Below, piece after piece: positions 38,590 to 48,905 of a stretch of DNA of 64,000 bases. The stretch is from IMG/VR virus record IMGVR_UViG_3300047386_000382. The stretch is one strand, 5' to 3'. The first letter of the stretch is position 1; the number at the start of each line of letters is the position of its first letter. Origin of the DNA: an uncultured virus (IMG/VR IMGVR_UViG_3300047386_000382) (Duplodnaviria; Heunggongvirae; Uroviricota; Caudoviricetes). The notes below the pieces were generated by a model. That model had not been told where the DNA came from and did no database searches. It saw only the letters and a list, made by a program, of their open reading frames with translations. A program made the position numbers and the translations under genes.

Positions 38590-39783
38590 TTAACGTTTTG
38601 TTTTAATTTTAAGTCTTGAAGAATCTGCACCGCTAACAGATTTAACCCTATAGCCATTAACGAACACATCGCCGCTTTGCGTTGATCGTGGTTCATTGCT
38701 AATATTTTTTGATTTAGCTGTTAAATCACGAACTGCGTCAGCACGACCCTGTTCATAAAAATGGTTTATAATACGGTCAGGATTGTTAGCTACGTATAAA
38801 GCTTTATGATATCCACTTAAATCTGACACTTCACCTTTGTCATTCAAGAACTTCTTGATAAAGTTACTTATATCTGATTGTTGATTTGCGACTGAAGAAT
38901 TATCTTTTAGTCCGTACCTAAATTGTTTTTCACCGAGTTTAAAATCAAAACCTTTGAAATCGTCGTTAAAATAATTTTTTGTACGTCCTTGAAAATCGTT
39001 AGTTCGCTGCTTTATAGTTTGCTGTTCTTCATTGTATCGATTGAAAAAGTCAACTGCTTCTTTTTGTTGCTGAGTTACGCCGGGTCTCAACTTGATTTCG
39101 TCGTAATATTTATCTTTCAGCCCTTCTAAAAAACCTTTAGCTTTCGCAACTTCTTCTTTATACGCAATTTTTTTCTTACGTATATCTTTCTGATCATCTA
39201 TGTCTTCATCCCATGTAAAGTCTTCTAAAAGTATATTTACATCCTCCAAATCAAGATGAGGTTTGCTTTGGCGATAGTATTCTCGCAAAAGTGTATTGTT
39301 ATCTACATCAGAATAATCTGCATTTAATCTTACATAATCTTCTAATGTGCCTCCGGTTTCACTCATAAAGTCTACAACTTTTTGAATGTTTTCCGGTAGT
39401 GGTTCAGCAGTGTCTTGTGACTCCTGCACAGCGTCTTCAACCTGCTCTTGCAGAGTTTCTTTTTGCTCTTGAACCTCTTCTTCTGTTATTTCTTGTATTA
39501 CAGGTTCTTCTTCGGTGACCCGTACTTCTTCAACCACTTCTTCGCTACTTGGCGAGTCTTTGGATTCTTCGACAGGAGCATTGCTCTCATCTGTTGGGTT
39601 GACTTGAACGGCATCGTCTTCTTTTTTTTCAGTAAGATCTACCTTAATGGTATCACCTGTTTCCTGTGTTTTTTCCGGTTTTTCTGATAAATCTACTTTG
39701 ATAGTTTTAGGTGTATCAGAAAGCTTTTTCATTTTTCGAGGTTTAACTTTAAATTCCCCTTCTTGCTTGACTGTTTCTGTCAT
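38590..39783 (-). CDS. Capsid scaffolding protein
   Basis: Acidic disordered N-terminus; HFYEQG near the C-terminus; between portal and MCP. Confidence 0.75.
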   Translation of the reverse strand: MTETVKQEGEFKVKPRKMKKLSDTPKTIKVDLSEKPEKTQETGDTIKVDLTEKKEDDAVQVNPTDESNAPVEESKDSPSSEEVVEEVRVTEEEPVIQEITEEEVQEQKETLQEQVEDAVQESQDTAEPLPENIQKVVDFMSETGGTLEDYVRLNADYSDVDNNTLLREYYRQSKPHLDLEDVNILLEDFTWDEDIDDQKDIRKKKIAYKEEVAKAKGFLEGLKDKYYDEIKLRPGVTQQQKEAVDFFNRYNEEQQTIKQRTNDFQGRTKNYFNDDFKGFDFKLGEKQFRYGLKDNSSVANQQSDISNFIKKFLNDKGEVSDLSGYHKALYVANNPDRIINHFYEQGRADAVRDLTAKSKNISNEPRSTQSGDVFVNGYRVKSVSGADSSRLKIKTKR

Positions 39784-39810
39784 GATAAAATATTATAAAA
39801 TTAATAAAAA

Positions 39811-42216
39811 TTACTTAGGATCAAATTGACCCAAGTCAAACCCGCCTAGCACATCAAACCCAGCGGATTCAAAGTTTTTTGGCAGTGTGTCGTTTTTTCG
39901 TTGATCAATCAATTCTGATTGCTGCGAAGCTTGTATTTTAGTGCGCTCGTCTTTCCTATCTTCTTTGTAAGATTCCTTGCTTTTCGCGGCTTCTGCTTGC
40001 GCCTGCGTTAATTGTTTATTAAAATTAAATTCTAATTCCATTAAACGCATTTTAATTTCTGCTTCCCGCTCTAGCCTTTGTATTTCAAATTGCGACTTAC
40101 CCTGCTCTAACTGCAGCTTACTCTCCGTAAGAGCCTGCTGTTTCTGCAATTCCGCTAAGGCTGCCTTTTCTGCTGTTTCAGCATTTGCTTGTGCTTGTGC
40201 TTGTATATTAGCTTGACTTGCTTGTTGATCTTGCTCTTGCTTTTGACGTCTTTTAAGTCTTAAATACTTATTAGCTAAATCAATATTTTTAATGTTTTGT
40301 ATTTCTATAACGTCATCTAAGTATATTGAACCGGCTTGTAATGAAGCCTGTATATTTTGCTGAAGACGAGCTTTTTCTTCTTCGTCAGGTTCAAGTTCTA
40401 AATATATACCAAAATCATGCAAATGTAAATCCGAAACTTCTTTTAGTGTTTCAACATTAAATTGATTTATACTTTCTAACAGTGTTTCTTCTGTTAAAGC
40501 AAATTCAAATATGTCTTTAGCTTTTAAAGAAATGTTTTCACACAATCTAAGCGTAATAAAAGAAGCTGATTGTAATATATGTCTTGTAGCTGTGTTGCTA
40601 TTTGCTGCTGCAAGCTTTTGTAGCCCTACCAACGCATTCTTATCCGGCGTACTACCATCTCTTGCTTCATTTAATCCTGTCACGTCTCTTATCATCTGTA
40701 GATAATATTGATACGTACTAATAAGCGAAGCAATTTTCCCTTGCCCAGATGATGTTTGTAACTCTTGAATAGGCACCTTGCCGGGGTTCATATCGCCATC
40801 TTGTGTAAACGAGCGCCCCACTATGCTACCAGTTTGGAAATACATGTTTAATGCCTCCGCCGGATTATAGTTTGTGCCGTTACCCAAATCCACTTCAGCT
40901 AAGCCGTCAACATCAACGTAGACACCATCTGGTACCATACGAGATAAAACTTGCTGCAATTTTAAATGAGTAAGCTGGATCATATCTGCAAACCCAGTTA
41001 TGCGGCTTACTAATGATTCAATCTTGCCCTTATACATTCTAGGTGCTACTATACTATAATTCATTTCAACTTTAGGAGAATCAGCGTATGGTCTTGTCAT
41101 GTTTTCAGCTAACTTCCACGAAAGCATCTTTTCATGACCGAGCACTTTAGCTCCCGTATATAACACTTCAATAACTCTTTCTACTCTTTCGAAGTTATCG
41201 CTGGGAGGCGGCGAAAATACGTCGGTTTTTTCTAATGCTTTTTCTAAGCCAAACTCTGTTCTTTTAATTTTGAATACCTGCTTTTCAAAAGTTTTGTATT
41301 CAAAAAACATAACACTTATTGTATTGTTATCGTTTTGCCCATAATAATTTCTTATATAATCATTATTGCCTGGGTACTTTTGTATTTCTTGAATATCCTG
41401 CGGCGAAAGATATGGAAATAACTTTGCAATTTCGCTTAATGAAATTTGTTTTACTTCGCCTATATAATATAAATCGTCAAAGTTAGGGTCTTCAGTATAA
41501 GAATAGACTAGGTTTGCGGGGTCAACATATTTTACTTGCAACCCATTTGATTTATTGTATTCTGTTTTGGCTCCTCCTATGCCACATATAACCAAGTCTT
41601 GTATAATTCTTTTACGAATTTCGTCGTATTTATTTTTATCTAAACAGTTATTTATAAGTTGCTCAGTTGCTAATTCAACAGACTCTTTATAGTCCATCTG
41701 CATATGCAGCTCAAACTCTTCTTTGTTTTTTGGCAATGATTGCGGATTGTCTGTAGAAAAGAAATTTCTGCCTGTTTGTTCCGTTAATGCCATAAGCTGC
41801 TGATATTTTTTCATATCTAACATTATGCCTCTGGCGTAATCAGTTTTTTTCTTTTGAGCAACAGGGTCTTGAGCGCTTGCTTTTATTTCATAATTACGCT
41901 GCGACATTCCATTAACTACAATATCTACAAATTTAGGAATAATAGGTATAGGCTTCCAGTCTAAATTCAAATAAGATAAATCACCATTAATAGATAATTC
42001 ATCTTTATACTTTTGAATAGATTGTTCACCTCTAGCGTATAATCTTCTCCTATGGTACTCCTGAAAATTAGAAGCAAAACGATCCCCGCCACGGTTATTT
42101 CTAAACCACTCGTTTTCAATAGCTCTTGCTACTTGCAAACCATAATCTAATGACTGCTTTTCCTCATTAGGTACCACCTGATCGGGAAACGAGCTGTTGT
42201 AATTAGTATTAACCAT
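39811..42216 (-). CDS. Portal protein
   Basis: 801 aa after TerL; IIPKFVDIVVNG, TGLNEARDG, Q-rich C-terminal coiled coil. Confidence 0.9.
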   Translation of the reverse strand: MVNTNYNSSFPDQVVPNEEKQSLDYGLQVARAIENEWFRNNRGGDRFASNFQEYHRRRLYARGEQSIQKYKDELSINGDLSYLNLDWKPIPIIPKFVDIVVNGMSQRNYEIKASAQDPVAQKKKTDYARGIMLDMKKYQQLMALTEQTGRNFFSTDNPQSLPKNKEEFELHMQMDYKESVELATEQLINNCLDKNKYDEIRKRIIQDLVICGIGGAKTEYNKSNGLQVKYVDPANLVYSYTEDPNFDDLYYIGEVKQISLSEIAKLFPYLSPQDIQEIQKYPGNNDYIRNYYGQNDNNTISVMFFEYKTFEKQVFKIKRTEFGLEKALEKTDVFSPPPSDNFERVERVIEVLYTGAKVLGHEKMLSWKLAENMTRPYADSPKVEMNYSIVAPRMYKGKIESLVSRITGFADMIQLTHLKLQQVLSRMVPDGVYVDVDGLAEVDLGNGTNYNPAEALNMYFQTGSIVGRSFTQDGDMNPGKVPIQELQTSSGQGKIASLISTYQYYLQMIRDVTGLNEARDGSTPDKNALVGLQKLAAANSNTATRHILQSASFITLRLCENISLKAKDIFEFALTEETLLESINQFNVETLKEVSDLHLHDFGIYLELEPDEEEKARLQQNIQASLQAGSIYLDDVIEIQNIKNIDLANKYLRLKRRQKQEQDQQASQANIQAQAQANAETAEKAALAELQKQQALTESKLQLEQGKSQFEIQRLEREAEIKMRLMELEFNFNKQLTQAQAEAAKSKESYKEDRKDERTKIQASQQSELIDQRKNDTLPKNFESAGFDVLGGFDLGQFDPK

Positions 42217-42219
42217 TTA

Positions 42220-44433
42220 TTATATTATTTTTGAACTATATCCTTTATTGTTATATTTTTTAAAACTTAGCGGTACAGACCTAATTACTTTTTCAGCAGA
42301 CGGTCTATACCTGTTTTTATTACAAGCCATAATAGCTAACCCCGAACTAATTGTTGCATCAAATTTTGTTCTATTGTTTATATTAAATCCAGCCCAGTCT
42401 TCTAGCGTTTTTTGAAAATACGTATCGCCATATACCCCTTCAGCAACTTGGCCAACATAATTTTCTATATAACTTTCTATTGCTGCAGCGTGTGCTTGCT
42501 TAATGTCTTCAGACGAGTTTGGTATACCGCCTATATCTTTTTCTGTAACAGAAAGCTTATTCCAAAGCTTATCCGGTCGGTTCATTGAAAACCCTCTATA
42601 ACCTCTTCTTTTTAAATAATATAATAATCGAGGTTTATTATTTTCGCACAATAACGGCATCCCGTAGAATACCAGTGCCATAAGTACATCTTCAAAAAAT
42701 ATTTCAGCTGTTTGAGGCCGTGCGATATATTCTAAAAAAAACATATTAGGCGGTGCATCTTCCATGCTAAACTTAGTTAATCCATGCAAAGAACCTTTTG
42801 ATCCTCTCTTATCAACTGTTCCTGATATATCATATGAGTCACAACCAAAAGCGCCAATGTGTTCATTACCTGGGTATTTCACACCATTTTTTACTATTAC
42901 GCGGTTTTGTAAATTTTTAGGAGGCACCCAAGATACTCTAAATCTTCCATTCATATTTGGCGCAAATATTACATTGCTATCTTGCTCCCCGCCTTCCCAT
43001 TGAAAACTACCTTGCGTAACTTGCATTCCGTTTTGAACTTCTTCATTATAATCTATCTGTTCGTAAATCTTAGTTAGATTAAATAAAGACTCTTTTGCTT
43101 CATCTCTAAAAGCGTGCTGCTCAGTTCTTGGAAATTGCCTGTAATATTCGTTTAAGCTGTCCTGATCATTTTTAAGACCATCAACTTCATTTTGCCAATG
43201 CTCAATTACTCCTTGGTCAATAAGCTCTTCATATGGCCCCTCAACTGGTTCTTTTGGTGTATCGAAGACAGGGTTTCCATAAGTATCAATGAATCCTTCG
43301 TAGTTCCACTCCATAGGTATAAACAAAGAATATAGTCCCGAGCTAGTCTGTCCATTGCGGTTTCGTTCAGTAACGTTTGAATTTTCGTATAACTTTTTAA
43401 AATTTGCTCCACCTTTGTCTAATGCGTTTGAAGTTGAGCCCATCATACACTTACCTACAATTCTAGATCCTAATCTAAGTGTTGTTTTTGTAACTCGCCA
43501 GTTATTTAAAATGTTGTCCGGTCTCTCCCATTTTCCCGATTCGTCGTGTACAAGAAGTTTGAGCTTTTCACCGTCATACGAGTTGTCTCCTGTGTTTTTC
43601 CAGTCGATTGTTGTATCGAGCCCTTCGAGCTCCTCCGGCTTCTCGCCTTGATCAAGTTTTCTCCTGGTAAGCTTCGATGCGGGTACCCTATACGCCAGTT
43701 CGGTTTTTGGTCGGTCCATACCGTCTTGTATTGGCTTGAAGAAGAATGGGTAATTAACGGATATTGGTACAACTTTATCAGTAAACATTTTTTTAGCGTC
43801 AGCTCCGGATTTGGACAATATGCCAAACCGCGAATCAGATGATATTGTTGCCATGTTAACAGTTTCTCCCGATGCCATAAACGAAAAGCCCGATCGTCTG
43901 TTTTTAAGGTAGCACATTCCGTAGCATCGTGGATCGGCTTTACACGCTTCCCAAAATATAAAGAATAATCTGTTTGCTTCTCTAAATTCAGGGGCCCCAA
44001 CGTCAATTTTACTCCACTGCAAGTACATGTAATGAGTGCCAGTAATATAAGTAGAACTGCCTTTGTTAACGAACGAAAACCCCTGATCTCGGCGTTTAAA
44101 CTCTTCGTCAATATAGTCATAATATTTTTCTTTAAAGTATTCAGGCATTTGATTCCACTCAAATACACTTTTTATTTTTTCAAGTTCTTTAGGATAATCT
44201 ATTTGATTCCACGTATTTTTTTTAAATTTATACGGATCAGATGTTTTTGGTAAAGCTATCTTAAGATTTTGTATGCTATACACATCTCCAATCTCTCCGG
44301 TCTTACTTATAACTACAACATCGCTTTCTTTGTCATAGCCATATTTCCATTGCTTATACCTATTCTTTTTATTAAGAACTTTCTTGCTTATGTAATCAGG
44401 CAGAACTTCAAATAATGTCTGCGTATAATTCAT
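42220..44433 (-). CDS. terL: Terminase large subunit
   Basis: LKNRRSGFS Walker A, LVHDESGK Walker B, nuclease GCDSYD. Confidence 0.95.
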   Translation of the reverse strand: MNYTQTLFEVLPDYISKKVLNKKNRYKQWKYGYDKESDVVVISKTGEIGDVYSIQNLKIALPKTSDPYKFKKNTWNQIDYPKELEKIKSVFEWNQMPEYFKEKYYDYIDEEFKRRDQGFSFVNKGSSTYITGTHYMYLQWSKIDVGAPEFREANRLFFIFWEACKADPRCYGMCYLKNRRSGFSFMASGETVNMATISSDSRFGILSKSGADAKKMFTDKVVPISVNYPFFFKPIQDGMDRPKTELAYRVPASKLTRRKLDQGEKPEELEGLDTTIDWKNTGDNSYDGEKLKLLVHDESGKWERPDNILNNWRVTKTTLRLGSRIVGKCMMGSTSNALDKGGANFKKLYENSNVTERNRNGQTSSGLYSLFIPMEWNYEGFIDTYGNPVFDTPKEPVEGPYEELIDQGVIEHWQNEVDGLKNDQDSLNEYYRQFPRTEQHAFRDEAKESLFNLTKIYEQIDYNEEVQNGMQVTQGSFQWEGGEQDSNVIFAPNMNGRFRVSWVPPKNLQNRVIVKNGVKYPGNEHIGAFGCDSYDISGTVDKRGSKGSLHGLTKFSMEDAPPNMFFLEYIARPQTAEIFFEDVLMALVFYGMPLLCENNKPRLLYYLKRRGYRGFSMNRPDKLWNKLSVTEKDIGGIPNSSEDIKQAHAAAIESYIENYVGQVAEGVYGDTYFQKTLEDWAGFNINNRTKFDATISSGLAIMACNKNRYRPSAEKVIRSVPLSFKKYNNKGYSSKII

Positions 44434-44705
44434 TTTGATCTACCTTCTGCAAAGCCTTTAAATGATTTAGCTTTAGCCGCTTGATTCTCACCTTCTAATA
44501 ATGATCTTTCCTCGTCTATGCGTGTTAGTATTTCAAACGCATCAAAGATCGCTAACTTTTTAGTAGCCGCGGCATTCTTAAGCCTGTCAGCCGAAAGGTC
44601 GTCTTCAGTATCTGTTATAATCTGTTCTTCAGCAACGCGAATTAATTCATCAACCGCTTTTTGCCCAGCTCGGATTATATTCTTCTTCGTTTCCTTTACG
44701 TTCAT
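44430..44705 (-). CDS. Probable terminase small subunit
   Basis: Small helical ORF coupled to terL. Confidence 0.6.
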   Translation of the reverse strand: MNVKETKKNIIRAGQKAVDELIRVAEEQIITDTEDDLSADRLKNAAATKKLAIFDAFEILTRIDEERSLLEGENQAAKAKSFKGFAEGRSK

Positions 44706-45255
44706 ACTTAATAGCTATATCATTTGATTTCATACAATAAAGACGCTCATTGTCTATAATAAACTCCCATTCGCTGCTAGGCGTAAAGCCTACTAAGCTT
44801 CCTGGGTTAATCTGAAGCGCTTCTAGCGCATTATTACCATACTTTAGTATACCAATATGCTTTTGCTCTTTTTCGTTTGAATATGAGCTTGTTTCTTTAA
44901 TAGGTTTTATAAAGCATCTATTGTTAACCATAACCCAATTGTTATTTTTTTTATACCCATAAACTTGATCTACGTTAACGAAATACATATTATCTTTAAA
45001 ATACATACTTCCGTTTTTTTCAGCTCCTTTCATGTCGTACCACCTCCTAAATATATTGTGATGTATTAAAACAGTATCTCCTATATTTATGTTGGTATTA
45101 AAAGCAGCTGGAGTAGAAACTACTATAGCTTCTTTGTTTATGTGACGAAAGCTTTCTATACTTGTATTTAGTAGCAGGCTACTGTCGCCTACCTTTTTAG
45201 TATTATTATATCGTTCGCCTTTAGGTTTTACTATAAATTGGTATAATGATTTCAT
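44650..45255 (-). CDS. Tandem GroES-like-fold protein
   Basis: Two repeats of FIVKP/FIKP...G..V...; INIGDTV; LYCMKSNDI. Confidence 0.6.
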   Translation of the reverse strand: MKSLYQFIVKPKGERYNNTKKVGDSSLLLNTSIESFRHINKEAIVVSTPAAFNTNINIGDTVLIHHNIFRRWYDMKGAEKNGSMYFKDNMYFVNVDQVYGYKKNNNWVMVNNRCFIKPIKETSSYSNEKEQKHIGILKYGNNALEALQINPGSLVGFTPSSEWEFIIDNERLYCMKSNDIAIKYERKGNEEEYNPSWAKSG

Positions 45256-45479
45256 TAGTATTCAAGATCGTACTCAACGGAAATTGCCATGTTAGAGTTA
45301 AATTTCTTCCATGGCAAAACCTCTGAGTTTTTCTTAATGTAAATATTGTACGAAGTATCTTCGTCTTCAAACAGTATAGCCGATATTTCGTGACCGCCAT
45401 ATACTTGCTGACCTACTGAATAATGCATTGCGTCATTCTTATAGTCTGACCCAATACTAATCTTCCTTATTAGCTTCAT
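45255..45479 (-). CDS. Hypothetical protein (IRKISIGSDYKNDAMHY)
   Basis: Coupled ORF. Confidence 0.75.
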   Translation of the reverse strand: MKLIRKISIGSDYKNDAMHYSVGQQVYGGHEISAILFEDEDTSYNIYIKKNSEVLPWKKFNSNMAISVEYDLEY

Positions 45480-45705
45480 CTTGTTCGATCTTAGAATATT
45501 CGCCTGTTTCTAAATTAATATTAACAGAACCGTATTCTTTTTCAAGTTCAGTTTTGAACTCTTCAATCTCTTGATTTACACCTGCAATTTCGTGTAGCAG
45601 TGCGTGTTTCTGAGACTCTGCAATACCAATCTTGTTTAGTAATGAATTTAATGCAGTTTGTTGCTTATGCAACTTTTCTAACTGCTCATCTGTAATTTTT
45701 GACAT
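45457..45705 (-). CDS. Coiled-coil hypothetical protein (likely start MSKITDEQ)
   Basis: ORF track 45457..45765; AT-rich leader before the internal ATG. Confidence 0.7.
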   Translation of the reverse strand: MSKITDEQLEKLHKQQTALNSLLNKIGIAESQKHALLHEIAGVNQEIEEFKTELEKEYGSVNINLETGEYSKIEQDEANKED

Positions 45706-45715
45706 TTTATTTAAT

Positions 45716-46114
45716 TTAATTGTTATTGTTGGATTTCTTTGATTTTTCCCACGTGCGTCCAACAAAATACGCGCCGTAGACTGTTATTAATAATGATTGA
45801 AAAATTGGAATATATTCTTGCGCAACTTCAAAGCCACCAACATTACCATCAGCAAAAGCTAGAATAGTAAATATAGATGTAAGATACACCAGCACAAGTG
45901 GCCGAATGTTTTTAGATAAAAATGAATCTGATTGCATATCCATTTTCCATCTTTCGGTCACCTGTGTCTGTGCGTCTTGATCTGCTTTTTCCAATAACTC
46001 TTGAATCTTTTGTTTAGCAGCTAATCTTTCTTCGTCTGTAGTTGTAAGCTTATCGATTACATTACCTACGTCTTTAATTATACCGCCCGATAAAAGACTT
46101 AAAAGTTTTTTCAT
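45716..46114 (-). CDS. Holin (GTA-type 3TM family)
   Basis: RWKMDMQSDSFLSKNIRP plus TMs ending YFVGRTWEK. Confidence 0.8.
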   Translation of the reverse strand: MKKLLSLLSGGIIKDVGNVIDKLTTTDEERLAAKQKIQELLEKADQDAQTQVTERWKMDMQSDSFLSKNIRPLVLVYLTSIFTILAFADGNVGGFEVAQEYIPIFQSLLITVYGAYFVGRTWEKSKKSNNNN

Positions 46115-46134
46115 TTTAATTATTTAGACTTGGT

Positions 46135-46539
46135 CTATAGACTTGGTCTAGGGCCTTGTACTTCCTGAGCTTGCTTGTAAAGTTCTCTTCTTTTTTCTTT
46201 GGTAACTGAGGAAGGAAGTCTAGACGCTGTATTAGCTTCAAATTTTGGGCCGTACATTTTTTGAGCCCCATATCTGTCTCCTTTTTCTACCATTGCAAGT
46301 GAATCTATTTCTGCTAATTCAGGAAGAACATTTTGCGATCTATTTCTATCGTATTCTCCTTGAGCTTTAATTGTATTTAAAAGATCTTTTTTCTTTTGAG
46401 ACATTGTTTTTTTACCAGTAACAGTTACTCCGTCTTTAGGGTCTGTTTGCATAGCCATTGAATCGCCGTGAGCAAGTCCAACCGCTTTATTTGTCATTTG
46501 CCCTTTTAATACATTTGCGGGCGATTGTGTGTAAGCCAT
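46135..46539 (-). CDS. Hypothetical late protein (MAYTQSP...)
   Basis: ORF. Confidence 0.7.
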   Translation of the reverse strand: MAYTQSPANVLKGQMTNKAVGLAHGDSMAMQTDPKDGVTVTGKKTMSQKKKDLLNTIKAQGEYDRNRSQNVLPELAEIDSLAMVEKGDRYGAQKMYGPKFEANTASRLPSSVTKEKRRELYKQAQEVQGPRPSL

Positions 46540-46543
46540 TGTT

Positions 46544-46921
46544 TTAAGTTTTTAATTTATTGTTTTTAAGATCAAGTTTATATCTGGTGTATTTTATTTT
46601 TTTATTTAAATCACCACTAAATTTAAGAATTAAATTATCTTTATTTTTCAGTATATATTTTATTTTTACTGAATAGTTATTGTCAGGGTTAAACAAAAGA
46701 GTTGTAAAAGAATTTGTTTTTACTTCTATAATTTCTTCATTAATTGTTTTTCCACTGGTTACATCATAATTAACAACACTACTCACGCCATCTTCTCCTA
46801 CGTAAATTGATGTTATATATTTAGATATAGGTGTTTCCCATAGCCCGTGAAAATTTTTATTCTGGGCAAAAGAAAATGTTAAAATAAAATTAAATAATAG
46901 TGTTAAAAATAAGTTTTTCAT
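46544..46921 (-). CDS. Secreted beta-rich protein; AT-rich, moron-like
   Basis: Signal peptide ..SFAQ; GLW early motif. Confidence 0.65.
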   Translation of the reverse strand: MKNLFLTLLFNFILTFSFAQNKNFHGLWETPISKYITSIYVGEDGVSSVVNYDVTSGKTINEEIIEVKTNSFTTLLFNPDNNYSVKIKYILKNKDNLILKFSGDLNKKIKYTRYKLDLKNNKLKT

Positions 46922-46968
46922 AATATTAGATTTAAATTAAACTGTACTAATATTATTACATGTTTTTT

Positions 46969-47181
46969 TTATTTCTTATTTAACGGGTACTCCGTTACAT
47001 ATTTAGCACCTGGAAATGTATAATCATAACCAGGGTACATTATTTTAGCTGAGCCATTATTATCAATACCCAGCACTTTAAATTCAACTCCTTTCATTGT
47101 TATTTTATTGCCTTCAATAACATTATAAGGCTTATTAACATCAGGGCTATTTTTTAAATATCCTTTTTTAGAAGTTTTCAT
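46969..47181 (-). CDS. Hypothetical protein (ITMKGV...MYPG.DY.FPG..V.EYP)
   Basis: ORF. Confidence 0.7.
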   Translation of the reverse strand: MKTSKKGYLKNSPDVNKPYNVIEGNKITMKGVEFKVLGIDNNGSAKIMYPGYDYTFPGAKYVTEYPLNKK

Positions 47182-47489
47182 TTACATTTATTATAAGCTT
47201 CTTTTTCCCAAGGTAAATTCTTATCACCTTCTTTAATGCTAGATCTAGGAATTATACGGCCTTTCCAATATACGTTTTTATCATCGTAATCAAGATCGCC
47301 TCTGCGCATTTGATCTATATGTACACGCTCATGTTTAACAACCTCTTTCGCTTCTAACGGTGATAAATTTTCATCTACTATTATTGTGCCGTTATTGTTG
47401 GCTTTGCCTAAAACGCCTTCTTCCATGTCTACATAGTACACTGGAGTTTCATCCATTTTAAATGGAGCAGGTTTCATTTTAAAAGCCAT
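47178..47489 (-). CDS. Small zincin-like metallopeptidase
   Basis: VVKHERVH (HExxH) and PWEKEAY. Confidence 0.75.
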   Translation of the reverse strand: MAFKMKPAPFKMDETPVYYVDMEEGVLGKANNNGTIIVDENLSPLEAKEVVKHERVHIDQMRRGDLDYDDKNVYWKGRIIPRSSIKEGDKNLPWEKEAYNKCK

Positions 47490-47492
47490 AAT

Positions 47493-47657
47493 TTATTTTT
47501 TACCGTATGGTACAACTTTATTAAGATACGCTTGACGCTTTTTACAACCGCAGCCGCCTGGTATGTTTAAACCATTAGCAACTTGCTCTGCAAACTTATC
47601 TATGCCTGTGGCTTTAGTAGCACGCGCTATAGTATCACCAAGCCCTCTATCTTTCAT
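47493..47657 (-). CDS. Small protein with GLGD and CGC motifs (54 aa)
   Basis: Translated by hand; fills the gap. Confidence 0.7.
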   Translation of the reverse strand: MKDRGLGDTIARATKATGIDKFAEQVANGLNIPGGCGCKKRQAYLNKVVPYGKK

Positions 47658-47658
47658 A

Positions 47659-47973
47659 TCAGCAATTCCATTTTCTTCGCGCAGCTCTTCCTCTTTCAGA
47701 CTTCCAGCCTTTAGATCGTGCGCAAAATGATTTTCTACGCTTCCACGCTTTACTTCCTTTCTTAAGCTTTGACGGAGGCGTAGTTACAGCAGTTGATAGT
47801 TTACTACCTGGATTATCTTTACGATATTTCTTAACACCTTTTTCGGTCATACCGCCGCCGGCTTTACTACCAGTACCACTACCTTTTTTTACTTTAGCAT
47901 AATAGCCTTTTGATTTCTTCCTAGATGGAGCATCGCCTTTTTTAGTGAACGGTGAGCTATGTTGAACGTACAT
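47659..47973 (-). CDS. Basic protein (RRKSFCAR...W.C; DUF6321-like)
   Basis: Motif recognition. Confidence 0.7.
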   Translation of the reverse strand: MYVQHSSPFTKKGDAPSRKKSKGYYAKVKKGSGTGSKAGGGMTEKGVKKYRKDNPGSKLSTAVTTPPSKLKKGSKAWKRRKSFCARSKGWKSERGRAARRKWNC

Positions 47974-47975
47974 AA

Positions 47976-48161
47976 TTATTGTTTTGCTCGTTGTGTAATA
48001 GGCGGGTTTAAGTCATAAGACTTGCAAGGGTATTTTTTAATTTGCATACCGTTTGCGCCTGAGCTACTGCCTTTTCCCATAGGAAAACCTGAGGTATCGA
48101 TAGGTCCGTCCCATACGTGAGACTCTCCTACTATTCCGCCTTTTAATGGTTGTTTTTTCAT
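47976..48161 (-). CDS. Small hypothetical protein
   Basis: ORF. Confidence 0.65.
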   Translation of the reverse strand: MKKQPLKGGIVGESHVWDGPIDTSGFPMGKGSSSGANGMQIKKYPCKSYDLNPPITQRAKQ

Positions 48162-48171
48162 AATTATTTAT

Positions 48172-48459
48172 TTATTCTTTATAACCTTCTATTCTAGCTT
48201 TTATAACGTCAGCTTGTGTAATTTTGCCATCGCCTGTTTGATCTTTCATAAACAAAGGTGCATTTAAACCGCCTGCCGCGTATTGACGCATTTCAGGTGA
48301 CCCCGCCATTCCTTGTATGTTTTGTTGAACTTGTGGTGTAAAGCCGCCGCCCATTGGCGCCATTTGAGGAGGCACCATTGTTGTTTGCATTGGCTGTCCT
48401 GTCATAGGATCTATTTGAGGGTTGCCCAAACGCATTATTGGATTTTTTGTATAAGCCAT
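48172..48459 (-). CDS. Small protein with an EF-hand-like loop
   Basis: DQTGDGKITQAD. Confidence 0.65.
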   Translation of the reverse strand: MAYTKNPIMRLGNPQIDPMTGQPMQTTMVPPQMAPMGGGFTPQVQQNIQGMAGSPEMRQYAAGGLNAPLFMKDQTGDGKITQADVIKARIEGYKE

Positions 48460-48461
48460 AG

Positions 48462-48905
48462 CTATCTTTCTTTGTCGTTATTTATTCTTTTGATTGCAAC
48501 CTGAAGCATTCTGTCTGTATACGCTTTGCTTTTAATTACGCTTTGTGTCGCGCTACTTGGAATATCTTCTTCACCTGTAAGTATTCTATAAACACGAGCT
48601 AATAGCTGTGTTGTTTTTAAAGATACTTTATATAGACTGCCTTTGCTATCTGATTTGTTACCTCTTCGCCATAATACTATCCAGCCTTCTTTTAGAAGTC
48701 GTGAAAACCTGTTGTTGTCCCAGCTGTATGCATATGTATCAAGTTTAAAATCTGTTTTGCTAAAAAAACCTTGACAGTCTAAAAATAAAAGAAGCTCCAG
48801 ATCTGCATCTTTTATGTTGTAATTCCTGCATGCCCATCTTCTAACTATACGGTAGTGCTTTAATACGTTTGAGTCACGCAAATCTGAAGCCTTTATTGTT
48901 CTCAT
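48462..48905 (-). CDS. Hypothetical protein, possibly winged-helix
   Basis: DLELLLFL...RLLKEGWI...LYKVS pattern. Confidence 0.55.
   Translation of the reverse strand: MRTIKASDLRDSNVLKHYRIVRRWACRNYNIKDADLELLLFLDCQGFFSKTDFKLDTYAYSWDNNRFSRLLKEGWIVLWRRGNKSDSKGSLYKVSLKTTQLLARVYRILTGEEDIPSSATQSVIKSKAYTDRMLQVAIKRINNDKER

Noticed and set aside
43506..44168. 220-aa alternative-frame ORF inside terL
   Set aside because: It is fully nested in a conserved gene and has no motifs, so it is treated as a shadow ORF.
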